A stretch of DNA of 63,183 nucleotides, the filler included, from Thermodesulfobacteriota bacterium (GTDB lineage: Bacteria; DASVDK01): assembly GCA_036381125.1 (NCBI GenBank). It is 7 parts of 7 records of this genome, joined end to end, with 100 filler letters (N's around TTAATTAATTAA, not from the genome) between each part and the next. Parts side by side here need not be neighbours in the genome. Positions count along the whole stretch, not along the records: positions 58,083 to 63,183 come from DASVDK010000263.1; 6 more parts are not named here. One strand, written 5' to 3'. Made by a program: the position numbers and the translations under genes. The number at the start of each line of letters is the position of its first letter. Position 1 is the stretch's first letter. Below are positions 58,138-63,183 of this stretch, piece after piece. The notes under the pieces were generated by a model. It was not told where the DNA came from. It did no database searches and worked only from the letters and a program-made list of their open reading frames with translations.

Positions 58138-58608
58138 TTACCGGTCCAGTTCGAGGTTTGCCTTCGCGACGGCGGCCCGCGGCAGGCTCACGCGGCCCAC
58201 GGTCTCCTCGTCGAGGTCGATCGCCTCGGCGGTGTGCGACACGAGCCGCCCGATGAAGGTCTTGCGGTCGCCGATCTTCTCGTACGTCGAGATCCGGACG
58301 CGACGGCCCCGGAAGCGCTCGAAGTCCCGATCGGTCTTGAGCGGCCGGGTCGCGCCCGGCGAGGAGACCTCGAGGTGGTAGGCGTGCTCGATCGGATCCT
58401 CCACGTCGAGCACCGGCGACAGCTCGCGGCTCATCGCCGTGCAGTCGTCCAGGGAGACGCCTCCCGGCTTGTCGATGAAGAGCCGCAGCACCCAGCCGCC
58501 CCCCTCGCGCCGGTATTCGATGTCGATCACCTCGAGGCCGAGGGCGGCGGCGACGGGCTCCGCCAGGCGGTAGACGGTTTCGACGGTCGAGGATGGTGCC
58601 CGGGACAT
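58138..58608 (-). CDS. rimP: Ribosome maturation factor RimP
   Basis: LRLFIDKPGGVSLDDC..LDVEDPI..YHLEVSSPG..RPL. Confidence 0.95.
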   Translation of the reverse strand: MSRAPSSTVETVYRLAEPVAAALGLEVIDIEYRREGGGWVLRLFIDKPGGVSLDDCTAMSRELSPVLDVEDPIEHAYHLEVSSPGATRPLKTDRDFERFRGRRVRISTYEKIGDRKTFIGRLVSHTAEAIDLDEETVGRVSLPRAAVAKANLELDR

Positions 58609-58640
58609 GCGACCCCAACGACGCGGTGGCTACGCCCCAA

Positions 58641-58668
58641 AATGAAAAAGCGGGCGATTAGCCCGCTT
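58641..58668 (-). terminator. rimP leader terminator/attenuator hairpin
   Basis: Minus strand AAGCGGGC-TAATC-GCCCGCTT followed by a T-tract, between the promoter and rimP. Confidence 0.7.
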
Positions 58669-58702
58669 CCTGAACCACAGAAGGCGAAGCCTGTTACGCC
58701 AT

Positions 58703-58731
58703 TTTATACCACGAGGCCTTTGATGAGGCAA
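58703..58731 (-). promoter_or_regulatory. Sigma70 promoter of the rimP operon
   Basis: TTGCCT-N17-TATAAA with an extended -10 TG. Confidence 0.65.
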
Positions 58732-58926
58732 GCGGGCCCGGTGCCATCCGCACCGTGCGCCCACGGCACCCGCCGCACGGGCGGCGGGCCCGCCGCCGCC
58801 TGCCGGGCCCCCTCGCCCCCTCCGATCCTCCTGGCCCGACTCCGCGGACAGGGGCGCGGGCGCGGCCGGCCGGCGGCGCGCCAGGGGACCGGGCTCGACC
58901 GGCTCGGCGCCGCGCCCGACCGCCCG

Positions 58927-58968
58927 GGAAAATGGAAAGACCTGACCCCGGCTGGAGAGACCTGACCG
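58927..58968. repeat. REP-like repeat units
   Basis: GGAAAATGGAAAGACCTGACCCCGG identical to 51960-51984, plus a partial AGACCTGACC unit. Confidence 0.75.
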
Positions 58969-58970
58969 GC

Positions 58971-59498
58971 TCAGCGTCTGCCCCGGTGTCCACGCATGGC
59001 CCGGATGCGGCGCAGGGCCTCGGACATGTCGGCCCACATGACGAAGGCGTCCTCCCCGTTGTCGGAGTAGTAGCCCCGGCGGACGCCCGCCCTCACGAAG
59101 CCGAGGCTCTCGTAGAGCGTCTGGGCGCCGGCGTTGCTGCGCCGCACCTCGAGCGTGGCCTTGGTGGCCCCCTTCGCCTCGAAGCTCGTGAGGACGTGCA
59201 CCATGAGCGCCCGCCCGACGCCGCGGCGCCTGGCGGCCGGGTCCACGGCGAGGTTGAGGATGTGGATCTCCCCCACCACGAGCCAGGCGACGACGTAGCC
59301 GGCTGCCCAGCGCCGCCCCTCGGCCCCGGGCAGGTAGGCCACGTACCCCGTGGACCACTTGTTCTTCAGCTCCCGGTCGAAGATCTCCCGCGACCAGGGG
59401 TGGGAGAAGGACCGGGCCTCGATGCGGATCACGTCGGCCAGGTTCTCCCGCGTGAGCGGCACGATCTCGATGGGTGCGGGCGTCGGTTCGGCGGCCAT
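58971..59498 (-). CDS. rimI: Ribosomal protein S18 alanine N-acetyltransferase
   Basis: IEARSFSHPWS, EIHILNLAV..RRRGVG, TLEVRRSN..YY..EDA. Confidence 0.92.
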   Translation of the reverse strand: MAAEPTPAPIEIVPLTRENLADVIRIEARSFSHPWSREIFDRELKNKWSTGYVAYLPGAEGRRWAAGYVVAWLVVGEIHILNLAVDPAARRRGVGRALMVHVLTSFEAKGATKATLEVRRSNAGAQTLYESLGFVRAGVRRGYYSDNGEDAFVMWADMSEALRRIRAMRGHRGRR

Positions 59499-59537
59499 AG
59501 CGTCTCGGTCTCGTCGGGTTCGGCCGGCGCGTGCCCG

Positions 59538-61211
59538 TCAGCGCCGGTCCGTCAGGAGGATCCGGGCGACGAGGAACACCCCGAGGCCGGCGGCGAGGAG
59601 GAATCCCACCAGGGCAACGACCGGGTAGCCCCAGAGCCGTACGCCTCCGGGCACCTGCATCACCAGCGCCGAGCCGACGATGAGCGCGCCGGTGATGATG
59701 CCGAAGGCGATCCGATTGGCGACGCGATTGAGCGAGGCGACCGTCTCCTCGGCGCGCTCGATCCGGACGGCGAGCGCGACCTCGTCGCGGCCGACGCGGC
59801 GCAGGACGTCGCGCAGCAGGCCCGGCATGTCGGCCACGTACTCGCGCCCCTCGAGGAGGGCCGCGTAGGGGCTGCGGCCGAGGCCGTCGTTGAGCAGACG
59901 GTGCCGGATCATCTCGCCGGCGTACGCCTTGACCGTCGCGGCCGGATCGAGCGCGGGATCGAGCCGGCGGCAGGCGCCCTCCAGGGAGAGGAACGCCTTG
60001 CCCACCATCGCCACCTCCACCGGCAGGCCGAGGTGGTAGCGGTGCGTGACCCGCACGAGGTCGAGCAGCGCGCGCCCGACGTTGAGGTCGCGCACCGGGA
60101 GGTCGGCGAACCGGCCGGCGATGCCGGTCACCTCCCGGGCGAAGCGTCGCTCGTTGAAGCCCGGGAACCGCTCGCCGATCTCCACGCAGACCTCCGCCGC
60201 CAGGTCGCCCCGGCCGTCGGCCAGGTACAGGAGCAGGCGGACGAGATGCTCGCGCAGGCGCGCGCCGAGGCGGCCGACCATGCCGAAGTCGAGCAGCACG
60301 AGGCGAGCCCGGTCGCCGTTCGCCGACCAGAGGAGGAGGTTGCCCGGGTGCGGGTCGCCGTGGAAGAGGCCGTCGACGCACATCTGCTTGAGGTAGGCGC
60401 GAAGCAGCGTGTCGGCGAGACCCCGCGTCGCCGCGCCGGCCGGCAGGTCGGCCGTGAGCTTGACCCCGTCGGCCCACGTGGTGGTGAGGACCCGCCGCGT
60501 CGTGTAGCGGTCGACGACCTCGGGCACCACGATGGCGTCGAAGTCCACGAGGTTCGCCGCGATCTGCCGGGCGTTGCGCGCCTCGAGCCGGTAGTCCAGC
60601 TCGTCGAGGACCGTGCGGGTCGCCTCGTCGGCCAGGCCGCGGACGTCGTGGAGGCGCGCCAGGCTCGAGTTGCGCTCGATCACGCGGGCGAGGTCGCGGA
60701 GGATGGCGAGGTCGCGGCGCACCACCGCCTCGATGCCGGGCCGCTGCACCTTCACGGCCACCGCGCGTCCGTCGGCGAGCCGCGCGCGGTGCACCTGGCC
60801 GAGCGACGCGGACGCCACGGGCGCGGGGTCGAACTCCGCGAAGAGGTCGCCGATCGGGGCGCCGAGCTCCCGCTCGACGATGCCGACGGCCACCGCCCCG
60901 TCGAGCGGCGCCACCTCGTCCTGCAGCCCGGCCAGGGCGGCGATGTACTCGCTCGGCAGGAGGTCGGCTCGCGTCGAGAGGAACTGGCCGAGCTTCACGA
61001 AGGTCGGCCCGAGCTCCTCGAGCAGCCGGCGGATGCGCTGCGGGCGCGCGGGCAACGCGTCGTCCGCGGCGGGCTCGGCCGGCACGCCGCGGCGCAACCG
61101 GAAGAGGCGGCGCGAGAGTCCCAGCGTGTCGACCAGGTCCTCGAACCCGTGCCGCGCGAGCCCGGTGATGATCGCCTTGTAGCGGAGAAAGTACCGCGGG
61201 TCGGCGAGCAT
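59538..61211 (-). CDS. ABC1/UbiB/AarF-family atypical kinase
   Basis: ELGPTFVKLGQFLSTR, ASASLGQVH, VAVKVQRP, FHGDPHPGN, DFG, two C-terminal TMs. Confidence 0.93.
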   Translation of the reverse strand: MLADPRYFLRYKAIITGLARHGFEDLVDTLGLSRRLFRLRRGVPAEPAADDALPARPQRIRRLLEELGPTFVKLGQFLSTRADLLPSEYIAALAGLQDEVAPLDGAVAVGIVERELGAPIGDLFAEFDPAPVASASLGQVHRARLADGRAVAVKVQRPGIEAVVRRDLAILRDLARVIERNSSLARLHDVRGLADEATRTVLDELDYRLEARNARQIAANLVDFDAIVVPEVVDRYTTRRVLTTTWADGVKLTADLPAGAATRGLADTLLRAYLKQMCVDGLFHGDPHPGNLLLWSANGDRARLVLLDFGMVGRLGARLREHLVRLLLYLADGRGDLAAEVCVEIGERFPGFNERRFAREVTGIAGRFADLPVRDLNVGRALLDLVRVTHRYHLGLPVEVAMVGKAFLSLEGACRRLDPALDPAATVKAYAGEMIRHRLLNDGLGRSPYAALLEGREYVADMPGLLRDVLRRVGRDEVALAVRIERAEETVASLNRVANRIAFGIITGALIVGSALVMQVPGGVRLWGYPVVALVGFLLAAGLGVFLVARILLTDRR

Positions 61212-61261
61212 GCCGGTGTTATACACCCGGGCATCCGACCCGGCAATCGCGCCCCCGCGGT

Positions 61262-61328
61262 GCGGCTCGGGCCCACGCCCGAGCCGCGAAAGACCCGGGG
61301 TTGTCGGGGGCCGCCGAAGCGGACCCCC
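61262..61328 (-). terminator. Two strong hairpins downstream of the small lipoprotein gene
   Basis: Stem with a cUUCGg loop (61306-61328) and a perfect 11-bp stem GCGGCTCGGGC/GCCCGAGCCGC (61262-61287). No clear U-tract. Confidence 0.45.
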
Positions 61329-61334
61329 TTGACG

Positions 61335-61526
61335 CTACTGCGGGCTCTGTGCGGGGGCCGCGCCGCCGCCGCTGGGGGCGCTGCCCGCGCCGCCGCCGGG
61401 CGTCGTGCCGGTCGACGATCCGCCGCCGCCGGGACTGCCGGTCTGACCCGTTCCGCCCTGCTCGCAGCCCGCCAGGACGAGGCCGGCCAGGGCCAGCGCG
61501 ACGGCGCTCAGCTTGAGAGTCTTCAT
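61335..61526 (-). CDS. Small Gly/Ser/Thr-rich lipoprotein
   Basis: AAGGAG RBS, MKTLK..LAGC lipobox. Confidence 0.78.
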   Translation of the reverse strand: MKTLKLSAVALALAGLVLAGCEQGGTGQTGSPGGGGSSTGTTPGGGAGSAPSGGGAAPAQSPQ

Positions 61527-61595
61527 GCCAGCTCCTTCCCCCTTTGGCAGGGGTCTGCCGAAGATCAGCGCCCTCCGGAGCGCGTCGACCGGTTG

Positions 61596-61611
61596 AGCAA
61601 GACGTATGCCG
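61596..61611 (-). promoter_or_regulatory. Sigma54 promoter of the small lipoprotein gene
   Basis: CGGCATACGTCTTGCT, GG-N10-GC spacing. Confidence 0.65.
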
Positions 61612-61722
61612 TCGCCTGGCCGACCGCTGGGACCGGCATCACACGCGCGGCGGGACGGCGTCTCGTCGCGGCCTTCGGGGTCCGGCCCGCGCCGATCCGA
61701 CGACGAGGCCGATCCCGGCGCG

Positions 61723-62160
61723 TCAACTGCGTGCGAAGGGGCGGGAACCGGCGGGGCGCCGCTGCGTGCGGGCGTAACGGGAGTAGAGGAAGCCGGTGAC
61801 CAGGCCGCCCGCGAGGCCGAGCGCGAGAACGCCCAGGAAGTCCTCGCCGACGGCGCCGCGCCAGAGGAGGAACGCGGCGAGGATGCCGACGACGAGGCCG
61901 ACCGCGACTCCGCTCGCGGTCCCCGCGATGCGCACGGGCAGGCGCGAGAGGACGACGCCGATCACCATCGCCAGGACCGGCGCAAGGACGAGGAGCGCGA
62001 CGAGCGGCGCCGCGACCCCCGTGACGCCGACCCGGCCGCCCGCGCGTGCGGCGGCGTCGAGGCCGCCGCCCGTGGCGAGGTCGACCGCTGTCGCGATGAC
62101 GGCCGTCACGGCGCCGCCGAGGACGCCGGTCCACAGTCCCATCCGAAGGTGTCGCGTCAT
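61723..62160 (-). CDS. Hypothetical multi-pass membrane protein
   Basis: About four Gly-rich hydrophobic segments. Confidence 0.6.
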   Translation of the reverse strand: MTRHLRMGLWTGVLGGAVTAVIATAVDLATGGGLDAAARAGGRVGVTGVAAPLVALLVLAPVLAMVIGVVLSRLPVRIAGTASGVAVGLVVGILAAFLLWRGAVGEDFLGVLALGLAGGLVTGFLYSRYARTQRRPAGSRPFARS

Positions 62161-62300
62161 GGTCGCATCGATCGACGGCGACCCGCCCTGCCGTCCGGCG
62201 CACCGGCCGCGGCGCGAGTCGTCCTGCGTTCGCGCGTCGCCTTGCGTTCGAGTGTCACTTCCGATAGCATTCGCGCGTACCCCTGCCTCGGAGCGACGCC

Positions 62301-63183
62301 ATCCTAGCACGCGTCCGGACGCGACGGCGTACGATCAGCCGCACGCTCGCGGCGGCCGTCCTGGTCCTCTTCGTTCCTCTCCTCGTCGCCCAGGTTCTCG
62401 CGACCTGGAGGATCGCATCGCTGCGGGACGCCGACACCCGGGACGACACGCGCGAGGCCGCGATCACCTTCGCGGCGTCGACCGACGCGGCCATCCTCGA
62501 GCTGGTGGCCGCGCAGGAGGCCGCCGCCATCGCGCTCCTCTCGGCCCACCCGGCCGACCCCGGCGCGCTGCTCGAGGCGGTGCGGCGGCCGCAACCGGCG
62601 CTGCGGGCGCTCGCCTGGTACGGCGCCGGAAGCGCGCCGCTCGCGCTGTCGCCCTCGGACACGCCGCTCGGCGACTGGCCCGCGCCCCGAGCGCCCACCG
62701 GTCGCTTCGGGCTCGTCTCCGGGCCGTCCGTTCGGGGGGCGCCGCAGACCTTCTTCCTGATGGTGCCGATTCGGGGCGCGGGCGGGCGACTCGAGGGCGT
62801 CCTCGTGGGACAGGTCCTCGCCGGCGCGTTCGCAAGCCGCATCCCGATGCCCCGTACCGAGCGGGGCCGGCCGGTGCTCCTCGACGCGGCCGGCCGGGTG
62901 ATCTTCGCCGCCGGCGCGCCCGACCTGCCGGTCGAGGCTCGCGACTGGTCGCGGCTGCCCGGCGTCGCCCAGGCGCGCCGCGGCGAGCCGACCGCGGTGG
63001 AGCGGATCGAGGTGCCGGGCGAGTCGGCGCCGGTTCTCGCCGCCTTCGCTCCGGTCGGCGGCACCGGATGGGTCGCCGGCGTCACGCGTCCCCGCGCCGA
63101 GGCGCTGGCCGCCGGGCGCGCCGGCCTCACGGCGCCGATCCTCGTGTCCGCGACCGCGCTCCTGCTCGGCCTCGCGGGCGCCC
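62301..63183 (+). CDS. Membrane sensor N-terminus (TM-Cache-like domain-TM), cut by window edge
   Basis: Hand translation: TM, then MVPIRGAGGRLEGVL, LLDAAGRVI, AAFAPVGGTGWVAGV, second TM. No ATG/GTG/TTG ahead of the first TM. Confidence 0.7.
   Translation, partial: MLARVRTRRRTISRTLAAAVLVLFVPLLVAQVLATWRIASLRDADTRDDTREAAITFAASTDAAILELVAAQEAAAIALLSAHPADPGALLEAVRRPQPALRALAWYGAGSAPLALSPSDTPLGDWPAPRAPTGRFGLVSGPSVRGAPQTFFLMVPIRGAGGRLEGVLVGQVLAGAFASRIPMPRTERGRPVLLDAAGRVIFAAGAPDLPVEARDWSRLPGVAQARRGEPTAVERIEVPGESAPVLAAFAPVGGTGWVAGVTRPRAEALAAGRAGLTAPILVSATALLLGLAGA

Overview
This window is not one continuous locus. It is seven GC-rich bacterial contigs joined by six identical 100-nt artificial spacers (Ns around TTAATTAATTAA), so adjacency across a spacer carries no biological meaning. 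Contig 1 (1-5871): two PAS hybrid histidine kinases flanking an NtrC-type sigma54 activator, plus the end of a P1B ATPase. Contig 2 (5972-12731): a candidate structured RNA, a lytic transglycosylase with a sigma54-type promoter, a PmtA-like methyltransferase, three tandem GsiB/KGG stress proteins, a DUF948 gene and a multi-PAS kinase with a C-terminal PilZ domain. Contig 3 (12832-33146): a decayed accessory zone (IS5 relic, several gene fragments, YciI with an ECF42-type promoter and a relic copy, USP/CBS genes, AdaA-like regulator, nuclease, cbpAM), then an amidohydrolase-PrpD-D-aminoacylase-ABC cluster. Contig 4 (33247-43549): HD-GYP plus REC-PilZ, a murU-like/amgK/TIM-barrel/ubiE operon, a beta-barrel plus lipoprotein, a PHP protein and an S58 peptidase. 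Contig 5 (43650-50412): an IclR-associated catabolic cluster with an internally duplicated unknown protein, a ThDP enzyme, an atypical HpcH/HpaI-fold protein and an ABC transporter. Contig 6 (50513-57982): rsmA end, IclR, small HTH, etfB-etfA, a membrane Fe-S oxidoreductase and coxD/coxE-like genes. Contig 7 (58083-63183): rimP, rimI, a UbiB kinase, a small lipoprotein, a membrane protein and a Cache sensor start. I saw no rRNA, tRNA, CRISPR array, phage or recognisable defence system. The best candidates for an undescribed system are the contig 5 catabolic cluster, the sigma54/KGG stress island with its PilZ kinase, and the IclR-HTH-ETF unit. All family calls come from motif recognition by eye, not database searches.
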